Virus record (IMG/VR): IMGVR_UViG_3300031933_000215
Span: 62,001 to 126,000 of that record
Length of the DNA stretch: 64,000 bases
Direction: 5' to 3' (one strand)
Positions 46,149 to 55,606 of this stretch are shown here, piece by piece (position 1 is the stretch's first letter; every line of letters begins with the position of its first letter). The position numbers were made by a program, and so were the translations under genes. Below the pieces are notes generated by a model. The model had not been told where the DNA came from and did not search any database. It saw only the letters and a list, made by a program, of their open reading frames with translations.

Positions 46149-46805
46149 GTGGAGTACCTCCTTATGTTTGACATCGAAGAGTTGGGCCGACGGGCCTACC
46201 TTCAGGAGCTTCAGTTTCCTGAAGTGCATCGTAAAACCAAAACCAAACGCAGTGGTCGGTATGTTGTAACTACGACCACCTACACCGCAACGTTCAACGA
46301 TCACGAGACCGCCGACATTCTGGTGGACAACATGCCCGACGTTCCGGACTGGGTGAAAGAAGACTGGTTCAGTCAAGACCATCCGGTCCGGGTGGCTGTG
46401 AAGGTCGAAGAAGAAGTAGCCGAAGGCGAGGAGATGCTCGCCCTCTTAGACCAAATGAAAAGCGGTGGTGCCGCTGATCTACTCTTGGGCTTTTACAGTC
46501 ACCGAAACGTGCAGTGTACGCACGAAGACAAAGGCGACAATCCAGAGGTCACGGCACTTCGAAAGGCATTGCAGGACGCCATGGCACCAAAAGGAGCGCC
46601 CCGACAAAAATTGTCCCGGCGGGCAGGGAGTGAAGCAACCCCCAAAGCCTGTCCGCCGGAGCAACACCATTCGGGGGGAACGCAGTGTCAACGGAAAGGT
46701 CCGGAGAACCGGACGTCAAAAAGGTCGGGTGGTCATACGCCCGGGAAAGCGATACCACACGTGAGTCTGAGTGTGGTGTCGGTGGAGACTCAATCAATGC
46801 AATAG
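46149..46805 (+). CDS. hypothetical protein (start may be ATG 46164); last ~75 codons overlap a structured RNA region
   Basis: 218-aa ORF; N-terminal 145 aa protein-like, C-terminus disordered-looking. Confidence 0.6.
   Translation: MEYLLMFDIEELGRRAYLQELQFPEVHRKTKTKRSGRYVVTTTTYTATFNDHETADILVDNMPDVPDWVKEDWFSQDHPVRVAVKVEEEVAEGEEMLALLDQMKSGGAADLLLGFYSHRNVQCTHEDKGDNPEVTALRKALQDAMAPKGAPRQKLSRRAGSEATPKACPPEQHHSGGTQCQRKGPENRTSKRSGGHTPGKAIPHVSLSVVSVETQSMQ
46599..46792 (+). ncRNA. candidate structured leader of the gp122-gp124-like operon
   Basis: Five helices and a possible H-type pseudoknot ending 22 nt before ATG 46815. Confidence 0.45.
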
Positions 46806-46814
46806 GGGATAAGA

Positions 46815-48029
46815 ATGGGACGGTTGAACCACATCTTCCCGTCGCTAGTGTCAGATGTGGTGCCACGACCAGCCACAACCAAGCCTGGGTTGAAGCATAC
46901 CTGTGTGCAGTACAGCATGCATAGTACCATGCGCTCGCCGATCTTCTGGCGGAACGCACTAGGGATTGTGGTATGCGAACCCGGAGCCTTATCGACAACA
47001 GCGGACGAGTATTTTTACATTACGATCGAGTACGAATTCGACCCCGGTGTAAAAATTGACTCGCGGGAGTTATTGTCTGAGTTAGAATTGCCGGACGATC
47101 ACGTTGAGCGAAAAGGTATTGTCGATGCGCTATCCACATTGGAGCGCGAACCTACCTGGTATAACCAGCGTAAATTCTCCTACACTCTGGGCATCTCCAG
47201 AGAGACGCTGGAACACATGGGTGGGGTTGTATACCTAAACGACGTAGACTTGGTGGTTGGGTTCGAGAAGCACCGAGACGCCGCAATCCATCCCTTCAGT
47301 CAACCGGGTCAGCGACAGCGCTTGAACGAAACGTTCCAAATGAACGACGGTTTAACGCAACGCTACCTCATGGTGGACAACTCGGGGATCAATGGAACAC
47401 GTTGGGTGAACACTGGATACGGTGTATTTGAGATACACAGTGTGCAGGACCCCCAATTGCGAGACGGTGTTTATGTCACTACCCGAAACACAGCAAACGC
47501 GGAACCGGAAACGGTTTTCTACGACTTCACCAATGCTGATAAAGCATTGGGCTTATACCGCAACCGCACGGAGGCGGAATCGTTCGGATCACCGGACGCA
47601 CGATTCAAGGCTGAGCTGAAAGAAGCTGAGCAGGATCTGACGCGAGAAAAGATGGATCTTCAACGCAACAAACAGGAGATCGAACGTGAACAACACGAAC
47701 TGGACCTCGAACGCCGCCGTTGGGACGACTACTACAAAGAAGAAGAAGCCCGACGAAAACGAGAACAAGATCAGCTAGACCTGGAAGTAAAACGACACAA
47801 AGAGGACATGGATAGACAGCGCGAGCGACTGAAGATGGAACGTGACCGCATGGAGTTTGAACGACAGACGTACTCGGAACGTCAGAAGTTTGAATACGAC
47901 ATGCGCAGCCGCGATCGGAAGGACCAAACCGATCAGTGGAAGTCCGCCGTCGAAGTTGGCAAGTTGTTTATTAGTGTCGTAGGGGTCGGTCTAGGCTTAG
48001 CGGCCTTGATCGTAAAACGACAAAAGTAG
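46815..48029 (+). CDS. conserved protein with long charged coiled coil and C-terminal membrane helix (phiKZ gp122-like)
   Basis: E/R/K-rich heptads then LFISVVGVGLGLAALIV; synteny. Confidence 0.75.
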   Translation: MGRLNHIFPSLVSDVVPRPATTKPGLKHTCVQYSMHSTMRSPIFWRNALGIVVCEPGALSTTADEYFYITIEYEFDPGVKIDSRELLSELELPDDHVERKGIVDALSTLEREPTWYNQRKFSYTLGISRETLEHMGGVVYLNDVDLVVGFEKHRDAAIHPFSQPGQRQRLNETFQMNDGLTQRYLMVDNSGINGTRWVNTGYGVFEIHSVQDPQLRDGVYVTTRNTANAEPETVFYDFTNADKALGLYRNRTEAESFGSPDARFKAELKEAEQDLTREKMDLQRNKQEIEREQHELDLERRRWDDYYKEEEARRKREQDQLDLEVKRHKEDMDRQRERLKMERDRMEFERQTYSERQKFEYDMRSRDRKDQTDQWKSAVEVGKLFISVVGVGLGLAALIVKRQK

Positions 48030-48075
48030 TCAATGACTCTGGTGTAAGTCATTGGCGGCAACAGCGAGAGTTTGG

Positions 48076-49701
48076 ATGGATAACGTACTGTTAGAGAGGA
48101 TCAAAGAGCGAACGCCTGCGTTCAACCGCACGATCACCAACGGTCTGGCGGTGGAACACATGATGTCAGTCAACTCCGATACCGGGGTGAACAGCACCAT
48201 GGCGTACATCGATCGACTGATCCGCATCAACCAGGAGTTGTTCCCGGAAGGGTTGACCTACGATGGCAGTCAGGTGTGCTCTCCAGTAAAACATTTTGAA
48301 GAGCTGACACGCGAGTACAACTCAAAAAGAATAGCCAACATCGCACAGTTCGATACTTACCTGGTCAAGTACCAGTTCTCGTACCATGGCGAAGCATTAA
48401 TGCCACGTTTCATTCAGCTACCGTTCGTACGGGATGGTGGGTTGATGACACTCAATGGCGCGACCTACAACGTCTCCCCGGTATTGACCGACGTGGGGTT
48501 CTCAGTGCTGAACGGTGGGATCTTCATCCCATTCCGACGGACTCGATTGAACTTCAAACGCACGGACCATCACTTCCTGGCCAACGGCCATCGGTGCATT
48601 GTGTACGTGATCTGGTCGATGATCCATAACGAGATGAGTAATCGCGGCAACCGTGATCTGGACAACCGCAAACCCATCCACTCGTCCTTGGCGCAATACT
48701 TCTTCTGCCGTTTCGGGGTGACCGGAACGTTTGAGAAGTGGGCCAATACGAAGGTGTGGTTGAAGTGGCGTGGCGAGGTGAACAAGAAGGAGTTCCCCAG
48801 CAACCAGTTCACGATCTTCGAATCGTTGACCCTGAAAGGAAAACACCCCACAGGCGACCTGTGCCTGATTGTCCCCAAAGAAGCCGACACGGACTTTGTG
48901 CGGATGCTGGTGGGTGGTTTCTTTTACGTGGTTGACACTTTCCCCGACCGTTTCCAGGAGGTGAGTTACGCCGATGACATCAGCCAATGGCGCATCATCC
49001 TTGGACACATGGTGTTCGGGGATTACGAACACGCCGGCAAGGTCTTGGAGAACATTGACACGCACATGCGTTCGCAAGAAGTGTCGCTGGATGAGATGAC
49101 CCGGGAGGAGCTGCGTTCGCGGCAAATCTACGTGGACAACATCTGGGACCTGTTCCACAAGATCATGACAGACCTCTCCCATCACTTCTACCAAACCAAC
49201 ACCGAAGAGACTTCGATGTACAACAAGAAGCTGATGGTCCTGCGCTACATCACTGAGGAATTCAACTCAGCGATCTCATTGTTTGGTTACGGCTTCCAGA
49301 GCCGGCATGACAAGCAGTGGACCGCCGACGAGTTGAACGACGCACTGAAGCGCTTGTTTAAACTCAATACCTGCACCAAACGCCTGACCGTGGATCACGG
49401 TGAGGTGAACACCGTCAGCTACCCCGGTGATAACAAGATCTTCCGGATCACTTCCATGTTGATCCCACAAGACAAAGCCCGGCGCGGACGTGGTTTTGGT
49501 AAAGGTCTCATTTCCGATACCAGTCGATTGCTGCACGCATCGATTGCGGAAGTTGGTCAGTTCAACAACCAACCGAAGAACAACCCGGATGGTCGAGCGC
49601 GAATCAATCCCAACATTCGCACTGAGGTCGATGGAACCATTCATCGCAACCCCGAACGGGAAGAACTGATCGATCGGACGCAAGCACGGTATCAACGTTA
49701 A
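48076..49701 (+). CDS. non-virion RNA polymerase beta subunit, N-terminal part (phiKZ gp123-like)
   Basis: LPFV..GG....NG, LHASIAEVG, PDGR.R.NP motifs; about 540 aa; position downstream of the capsid gene. Confidence 0.85.
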   Translation: MDNVLLERIKERTPAFNRTITNGLAVEHMMSVNSDTGVNSTMAYIDRLIRINQELFPEGLTYDGSQVCSPVKHFEELTREYNSKRIANIAQFDTYLVKYQFSYHGEALMPRFIQLPFVRDGGLMTLNGATYNVSPVLTDVGFSVLNGGIFIPFRRTRLNFKRTDHHFLANGHRCIVYVIWSMIHNEMSNRGNRDLDNRKPIHSSLAQYFFCRFGVTGTFEKWANTKVWLKWRGEVNKKEFPSNQFTIFESLTLKGKHPTGDLCLIVPKEADTDFVRMLVGGFFYVVDTFPDRFQEVSYADDISQWRIILGHMVFGDYEHAGKVLENIDTHMRSQEVSLDEMTREELRSRQIYVDNIWDLFHKIMTDLSHHFYQTNTEETSMYNKKLMVLRYITEEFNSAISLFGYGFQSRHDKQWTADELNDALKRLFKLNTCTKRLTVDHGEVNTVSYPGDNKIFRITSMLIPQDKARRGRGFGKGLISDTSRLLHASIAEVGQFNNQPKNNPDGRARINPNIRTEVDGTIHRNPEREELIDRTQARYQR

Positions 49702-49728
49702 ATCGAACCCAAAAGAAGGACGAAGGTT

Positions 49729-51855
49729 ATGTATCAATCCCAGGCCCAACAACCCCCAGTACCTTTTGATCAAGTTGATCAGAACACGTTCAACCACAAC
49801 CTCCCACAAGGCAACGACGTTTGGCCCCAATTGAACGTCCCTCAGCCGCTGGGTGGTCCAATCGTCGGACGGATCATCAGTGAGTTCCGTGCCTTGGCTC
49901 AAAGCCGAGTGATGACACACAATGCCACACCCTTGCACATGCTGGCTTACAACTTGATGAGCCAGAACTACTTCAACAACCAGCTGTTCTCTGATTGGTG
50001 TCAGCGTGCAGTGGACTTTGCCGAGTTCTTGGTTGTCGTGCAGCGCAACTCCCCGGATGTTGCCGTGCAGAAAGCGGTGATGAAGATCTACCGCAGCTTT
50101 CTAGCGGTGACTGCGGCCGAATACACCGTGGTGGCCCAACAGCTGGATCAGCGCACGTACAACGATCTGCTGGAAGCGAGTCGTGAGTTCCAAGACATCA
50201 TGAACGACATCAAGGCGTTCCACGCGAACGGTCGTCAAGCGCAACCGCCGGGTTACGGTGGTGGTCAGCCGTATGGCGGCGGTTACGGCGGCCAACCCGC
50301 CCAACCGTATGGCATGCCTCAGGGCGGTGGCTACGGCATGGGCGGTGGCTACGGTCAAGGTGGTGCCGGTCAACTCCCACCCGTCGGTGCCGCACCACGG
50401 CCCGCTCCGGCCCCGGCACCTGCGCCAGCCGGTTACGGTCAAACCGGTCAGACCGTTCAGCCTGGTACCGTAGGACGTGGCAGTCCGTCTGCCGGTCGTT
50501 ACGTTGACGACGTGGAACCGGTCAAGCCTCAGTCCTGGTCGTCTGGCACAGGTATGGGCCAAGGTCATACCCCAACCCAAACAACCGCGCCGGCTCAGCC
50601 AGAACCGGTTGTGCAGGACGAACCGGAAGGTATCCCACCGGCGAACTTGGATGCCGTGGTCATGGACCCGTACGCGTTCGTGCCCAAAGGGAAAACCATC
50701 GACCGCGAACGTCCGTACGATCACTTCTACAACCCAGGCGGTGTGGAAATCGTACCGGCTCACCTGTCGAAGTGGAAGCGGACCAAAGGCTCTGAGACAC
50801 CGTACGCCATTGGACACGATCCAGAGGAGTACGTGTTGTTCCACGTCCGTTGGCCCGATGGGGTGGTGCAGGAAAAAATCGTCACATGGGACATTGAAAT
50901 GGATTACCTCAAACACGAAATCAACGACAAACTGCGTGGACTGAAGATCAAGCCGGAAGGTAAGGTCATCGCCAGTCAGCACATGATCACTGACTACGAC
51001 GCACTGGATACCACCACGGAAGTGTTGGAAACGAAAGTGGAAGGCCCGCTCGACGTTCAGTCCGAACTGAACCCGGTTCAGATTGCCACGTTGTTCAGTG
51101 CCTCCAGTGATCTGGAAAACGAGCTGATGGCACGCAGTCAGCTGATCGAAGACCTGGAACTGCCGGCCGACACCAAGAAGCTCCCAGCGTACGAGTACAC
51201 CAGCGGTTGTCTGTTCCCCATCGACCTGCCCAAAGAGGTCGAGCAGAAACTGTTTGCGGTGACTGAGTCCAAGGGCATGGTGGGTGTTGCCAAACGCCTG
51301 CAGAACTTGGTTGAGTCCGGTGAACTCCCAGTGCGGTACTACCGCTTCTTCAATGAACGACTGACCAAAGCACTGAACACCGTGCTGGCCGACAACCTGG
51401 CACTCCCGAATCTGAAGATGGACAGCTTTGTGGACGACGTGGAAGAACTCTACGACGTGTTCAAGCACAGCAGCAAATACGATTCGGATCTGGTGACGGT
51501 ACTGGACAGCCAAACCCCGATGTTCTTGAAGCGCTGGTTCAACCTGGCGTACGAGCAAACGGAAGGGGACGGCGACGGTCAGCTGAGCCTGTTCGAGGAA
51601 GTGGTGAACCTTCAGACCCGTTGGGCCACTGAGGAAATCGCTTCGCTGAACCTCACGCCGGAGCAGCCGGTGCTGATCAGTCAAACCACTCACGCCAAAC
51701 TCTACGAGGTACTGCTTAGCATGGTTCGTCGGAACACCGATAAAGGTAATCTGCCGAACTGTCGCCTGCGCATCGTCTCGTCCGACGGTCACTACTACGA
51801 AGTGATTCGCGGTTGGCTCGTTGAAGGCTCCATCCTGTTGAAGGATCTGGGGTAA
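49729..51855 (+). CDS. conserved protein (phiKZ gp124-like) with G/Y/Q/P-rich low-complexity region
   Basis: 708 aa; GYGGGQPYGGGYGGQ... linker; MDY..HE motif; synteny. Confidence 0.75.
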   Translation: MYQSQAQQPPVPFDQVDQNTFNHNLPQGNDVWPQLNVPQPLGGPIVGRIISEFRALAQSRVMTHNATPLHMLAYNLMSQNYFNNQLFSDWCQRAVDFAEFLVVVQRNSPDVAVQKAVMKIYRSFLAVTAAEYTVVAQQLDQRTYNDLLEASREFQDIMNDIKAFHANGRQAQPPGYGGGQPYGGGYGGQPAQPYGMPQGGGYGMGGGYGQGGAGQLPPVGAAPRPAPAPAPAPAGYGQTGQTVQPGTVGRGSPSAGRYVDDVEPVKPQSWSSGTGMGQGHTPTQTTAPAQPEPVVQDEPEGIPPANLDAVVMDPYAFVPKGKTIDRERPYDHFYNPGGVEIVPAHLSKWKRTKGSETPYAIGHDPEEYVLFHVRWPDGVVQEKIVTWDIEMDYLKHEINDKLRGLKIKPEGKVIASQHMITDYDALDTTTEVLETKVEGPLDVQSELNPVQIATLFSASSDLENELMARSQLIEDLELPADTKKLPAYEYTSGCLFPIDLPKEVEQKLFAVTESKGMVGVAKRLQNLVESGELPVRYYRFFNERLTKALNTVLADNLALPNLKMDSFVDDVEELYDVFKHSSKYDSDLVTVLDSQTPMFLKRWFNLAYEQTEGDGDGQLSLFEEVVNLQTRWATEEIASLNLTPEQPVLISQTTHAKLYEVLLSMVRRNTDKGNLPNCRLRIVSSDGHYYEVIRGWLVEGSILLKDLG

Positions 51856-51859
51856 CAAA

Positions 51860-52013
51860 CACCCTTGGGGTAGGACTGGCCTGGGACTGCCCCAAGCTGG
51901 CCGGACCTGTAGGGTGTGAACCCTGTAGACCTACGGCACGCCTCTGGGTACTTTGCCCAGAGGTTCTTTCTTACAACAACGATAATGGTCACGCATAGTG
52001 TCGACCAATCGTT
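51860..52013 (+). ncRNA. candidate structured 3' UTR or ncRNA
   Basis: Four helices including a GTGA tetraloop hairpin and pseudoknot potential, between stop 51855 and the terminator. Confidence 0.45.
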
Positions 52014-52023
52014 TCGCAACCAG

Positions 52024-52063
52024 CGGCATAAGACAGCTCCCTTCGGGGAGCTGCTTTATGTCG
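52024..52063. terminator. bidirectional terminator flanked by CGGCATA and TATGTCG
   Basis: CAGCTCCC-TTCG-GGGAGCTG between convergent genes. Confidence 0.85.
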
Positions 52064-52077
52064 TCTTTCTTTTTTTT

Positions 52078-52518
52078 TTATCCCCGGTAGTATAGCCGGG
52101 TTTCTCCAAACACCGCCAGAGAGCCTGTGGTGGCCCTGAAGACCAATCGATTGTCACCCGCCCCGATGGGTAGGTTAACGACGTCACTGGTGGTCAGAGG
52201 CAACTTGAAGTGCTCTATCAGGACCGTCAGTGCCTCGTGGGTGTTGCGGTACTGTCCGATCACGCCCGGGACGGTCAATCGGTACAACAACTTTTCGATG
52301 TCCCAGCGATTGTACTTCACCCGCACGGAACCTGAGTGAACGGGATGACTCTGGGAAACCAGTATGTCAACTTCGGTGTTGTGGTCCGGGTCGGTGGCTC
52401 GTGCTTGAGGCAGCCCGAAGGCTACCTCATCGGGTTGGAGGGGTGGTTGTAAGTCTGGGTTTTCTGAGTTCAGTGCTTTCACCAACTGAACTTCGGGACG
52501 CTCGTAAAACATAACCAT
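52078..52518 (-). CDS. virion structural protein related to the N-terminal domain of the tail paralog family
   Basis: L..ALN..N, NTEV, GSV.V.YNR.D shared with genes at 58908-63913. Confidence 0.7.
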   Translation of the reverse strand: MVMFYERPEVQLVKALNSENPDLQPPLQPDEVAFGLPQARATDPDHNTEVDILVSQSHPVHSGSVRVKYNRWDIEKLLYRLTVPGVIGQYRNTHEALTVLIEHFKLPLTTSDVVNLPIGAGDNRLVFRATTGSLAVFGETRLYYRG

Positions 52519-52524
52519 GCCTTG

Positions 52525-53409
52525 TTAGTTGTAATGTAACAGCACCATGCCGGAAAGGTTCAAGCAGTATTCTGGGGACAATGCCAACACCAAGACATAC
52601 CGCTTATCCTTGACCGGCGTCCACTCGCTCTTAACGCGACCGTTATAGAGCACCTTGTACAAGGGATAGACCACCCCAGTGTCGTTGCTGACAACCTCCC
52701 ACGTAAGGTTGAACACCGAAGGCGTGTTGGTCATCTGCCAACTGGCTTGGTGATTCCGACGGAGAATGTCCACCAATCGATCGACTGGCAAGCGGTCGTC
52801 GTCGCGCTCCAACCAGATCAAATCGTCCCGGTCACCGGTGAAGTCCACGTCCATCAGTTGGTACGCAGCGATGTTCTTAGGCGAGTCAGACAACCACAAC
52901 GCAGGCAGCTCTGTCTGAACAATGGAATCGGCGATATCGGCTTTGTTGTGATCGAAGGAAACCACAAAGCTACCAGCCCACCGCAAAGACAGTGGGTGGG
53001 CCCGGACCACGTAGGTGTTGTCCGATCGGTAGTCGGTCCAATACATGGGTTCGATATCGTCGTGTGTCAAATGAATGCCTGTGCTCTCGGAGATGTGATG
53101 TAGGAAGTCGTCAGCTGAGAACGGCGGCGTTAGGCTTTTGACCAAGAACGGCCCGGACGCATTGAGGTAGTCCGCCAGCCACAGACGTTGTAGGGTGAAC
53201 GCTTTACGGCTGGGTTCTTCGAGTCGGTTTTGGTCACTGCTGCTGATGTGGGTTTTCAGACGGAGATTAATCCGTGTTGGGTCAGTGTCGTCGATTTCCA
53301 GATGGTCCAACTGGGTCCGTTGGGGGTGGTAGTCGAACGAGTATTGGGCGTTGATCGCTTGCAATATCCCCTCGAAAGGGGACAGGTGCAGGTAGTCACT
53401 CAGTGTCAT
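52525..53409 (-). CDS. virion structural protein (phiKZ gp127-like), distant tail-family paralog
   Basis: SLRW.G and C-terminal G...LHYN as in the tail paralogs. Confidence 0.7.
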   Translation of the reverse strand: MTLSDYLHLSPFEGILQAINAQYSFDYHPQRTQLDHLEIDDTDPTRINLRLKTHISSSDQNRLEEPSRKAFTLQRLWLADYLNASGPFLVKSLTPPFSADDFLHHISESTGIHLTHDDIEPMYWTDYRSDNTYVVRAHPLSLRWAGSFVVSFDHNKADIADSIVQTELPALWLSDSPKNIAAYQLMDVDFTGDRDDLIWLERDDDRLPVDRLVDILRRNHQASWQMTNTPSVFNLTWEVVSNDTGVVYPLYKVLYNGRVKSEWTPVKDKRYVLVLALSPEYCLNLSGMVLLHYN

Positions 53410-53429
53410 GTGTAATCACCTAGGTCTGT

Positions 53430-55553
53430 TTACGTGACGTTACCGTCCGTTGGTGGGGTATTGTCGAGCTCAACCGAAACCTTCTGAACACGAACCGTTG
53501 CCATATCCACCGGAACGTACGCGATGGTTTGCGGTTTAATCGCAACGCCGACATTGACCGGGATGTGTAAACGCACTTTCTCACGAACGTCCACGTCCAC
53601 CGGTGGGTTGTGGTGTGTCTTATCAATCAGGTAGTTGATCCGATCCTTTCCATGAATATGTAGGATGGTGGTTCGGCCTTGATTGATCGTCATACCGTCC
53701 CGAGATTCACCGCCGATGTCGCCCAAACGAATGGCGGGGGTGCCAACGTAGACGAAGTCCGAGTTGTTGATGGTTCTCAGATACTGAACGCTGTACGAAC
53801 TCATTTGTTGCATGAGTTGGAGCATCGCCTTCTGGATCTCAGCAAACGACATCTGGTTCTTCAGATTGATACCAGTGGCGGCGTTCACACAGTCCAGCAT
53901 CAATTGCTCCTGGTCCAACGTGGACATCTGGGCCATGTCCAGTCCAAAGTCGTCCATCCACTCGTCGTATGTGGTTGGTTCGTCCGTCAATGAACACCAG
54001 TCGTGCTTGAAGTGCCGACGCACAACCTGTTCGGTCATGCCACGAGTGAGGTAATTTTCCTGGAACGAGTACAGCTCCCACAACTTCAGGTACTCGCGGT
54101 GCAGGTTGCCACAGGCGTTGTTGAACCGCTCCACCGTGATGTACTCGCCTAGCGGTGAGATGCGATCCATCACGGCCGTGATCAGTCGATCCGGAACGTA
54201 GCGAGAATCAACGATGCTTTGCAGTTCGTTGAAATTCGGTAACCGTTCCCGCAGTACTGTGTACACTAAGACGCGGGGTATTTCGACGACTTCCAGTCCC
54301 CGAGCTTTATGGAACAAATAGTAGGCCAAAATGAACGCGTCTTTCACTGACAGGCTGATGAGTTCGTCTGTGACTGGATGTGTGACTGTAATGTACGACC
54401 GGTACCGACCCGTACTCGCCATGTGTACCCATTGGTTTAAGAGAACATTCATCAATGAGCGGACGGAAGCGTTGCTTCGGTCCACGACTGTCGACTCCAG
54501 GACTTTTGTGGGCAACTGACTGTACTGACCACTTTTCACCGCGTCCGTTACTGCAATTTCGGTTTCGCGCTCTACCGTATAGTTATCCCGGGCGATCCCA
54601 CGTTCTTTCTCAAGTATCGTATGAACAGTGCTGTAGTCCCGCTCCACCTGTGCCAACGGGTGGTTTACTGGGTATTGCACCGCATCCACGTCCGGGTAGA
54701 TCTCGTTGGGGAGTTCGCTATTGTTATGCTCCAGCTTATACCAGTTGAGCGGTATCCCTCGGGGCGTGAGCAGTTTGCCGACGAGCGTATCGAAAATGGC
54801 CTGCTTGCCCAGGTTCCGCTTCATGTACCGAAGGTTGCGATACAAGAACAGCTGCTGTTCTTTCGTCAGGTACGGCAGGAACTCGTCCAACGCCCCGTTT
54901 GAAGCCAGATACTCACGTACATGGAAACTATGTGCTTCGGGGGTTTTCACCCGACGGAGTCGAAGGTTCTGGATCACCAACGGAAGCTGTAGGTACAGGG
55001 TACCTAAGAAGCTGGATAGGTAAAGGTCATCGGTCAGTAGATACTGTGAGTTGTGCCAGCGGGCAAAAAACGCAGTTAACCAATACTGTAGATCATTGAC
55101 AAGTGACAACTCGTTGCTTTCAATGTGGTTGTGGTCGTAATACAACAACGTACCGTCTTCCGCATCGATGGCCGTTTGTTTGTCAACGGGGAACAGAATC
55201 CCACGAATGAGTGGTGTTTTGTCAGGATGGGCGTTCATGAGGGAATCATGAAAGACCCCACCAGGTTTGTACTCACGAGCAGTGGCCCGGTGAATGGCCA
55301 GGTTTTCTTTGGTGAAGGCAATGTCTTCGAGGGTATCGAGCGACCGAACGTAGATCAACTCGTCCGTTTCGTGATACTCCCCGGCCAGGTTCATGTAATA
55401 CTTCCAAGTGTCAGGTCGATCTGGATTGACGGGCACACCACGCGCCGAGAGTTCGTGGTTGATTGTTTCGGCAACGCCTGCACATTTGATGACTAGGGTT
55501 TTGGCAAACACCAAAACACTATCGCGATAAAGTTTGTAATAGACGTTACTCAT
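53430..55553 (-). CDS. virion structural protein, probable baseplate (phiKZ gp128-like)
   Basis: 707 aa; WKYY.NLAGEYH..D, HSFHVREYLAS, SSYSVQY; divergent from portal. Confidence 0.75.
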   Translation of the reverse strand: MSNVYYKLYRDSVLVFAKTLVIKCAGVAETINHELSARGVPVNPDRPDTWKYYMNLAGEYHETDELIYVRSLDTLEDIAFTKENLAIHRATAREYKPGGVFHDSLMNAHPDKTPLIRGILFPVDKQTAIDAEDGTLLYYDHNHIESNELSLVNDLQYWLTAFFARWHNSQYLLTDDLYLSSFLGTLYLQLPLVIQNLRLRRVKTPEAHSFHVREYLASNGALDEFLPYLTKEQQLFLYRNLRYMKRNLGKQAIFDTLVGKLLTPRGIPLNWYKLEHNNSELPNEIYPDVDAVQYPVNHPLAQVERDYSTVHTILEKERGIARDNYTVERETEIAVTDAVKSGQYSQLPTKVLESTVVDRSNASVRSLMNVLLNQWVHMASTGRYRSYITVTHPVTDELISLSVKDAFILAYYLFHKARGLEVVEIPRVLVYTVLRERLPNFNELQSIVDSRYVPDRLITAVMDRISPLGEYITVERFNNACGNLHREYLKLWELYSFQENYLTRGMTEQVVRRHFKHDWCSLTDEPTTYDEWMDDFGLDMAQMSTLDQEQLMLDCVNAATGINLKNQMSFAEIQKAMLQLMQQMSSYSVQYLRTINNSDFVYVGTPAIRLGDIGGESRDGMTINQGRTTILHIHGKDRINYLIDKTHHNPPVDVDVREKVRLHIPVNVGVAIKPQTIAYVPVDMATVRVQKVSVELDNTPPTDGNVT

Positions 55554-55606
55554 TGTTTGACCTTCTATTGTTTACTGTTTAACACACCTAAAAAGGAGGG
55601 CGGCCC

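Noticed and set aside
46743-46749. GGGAAAG lambda-type slippery heptamer before the pseudoknot
   Set aside because: Out of phase for the 46149 ORF (GGG AAA GCG), directly abuts the stem with no spacer, and a shift would not reach the next gene
7025-52079. Long T/A homopolymers (7025, 8708, 36395, 39919, 46088, 52070) as phase-variation tracts
   Set aside because: Essentially intergenic and mostly next to terminators; may also reflect homopolymer sequencing error
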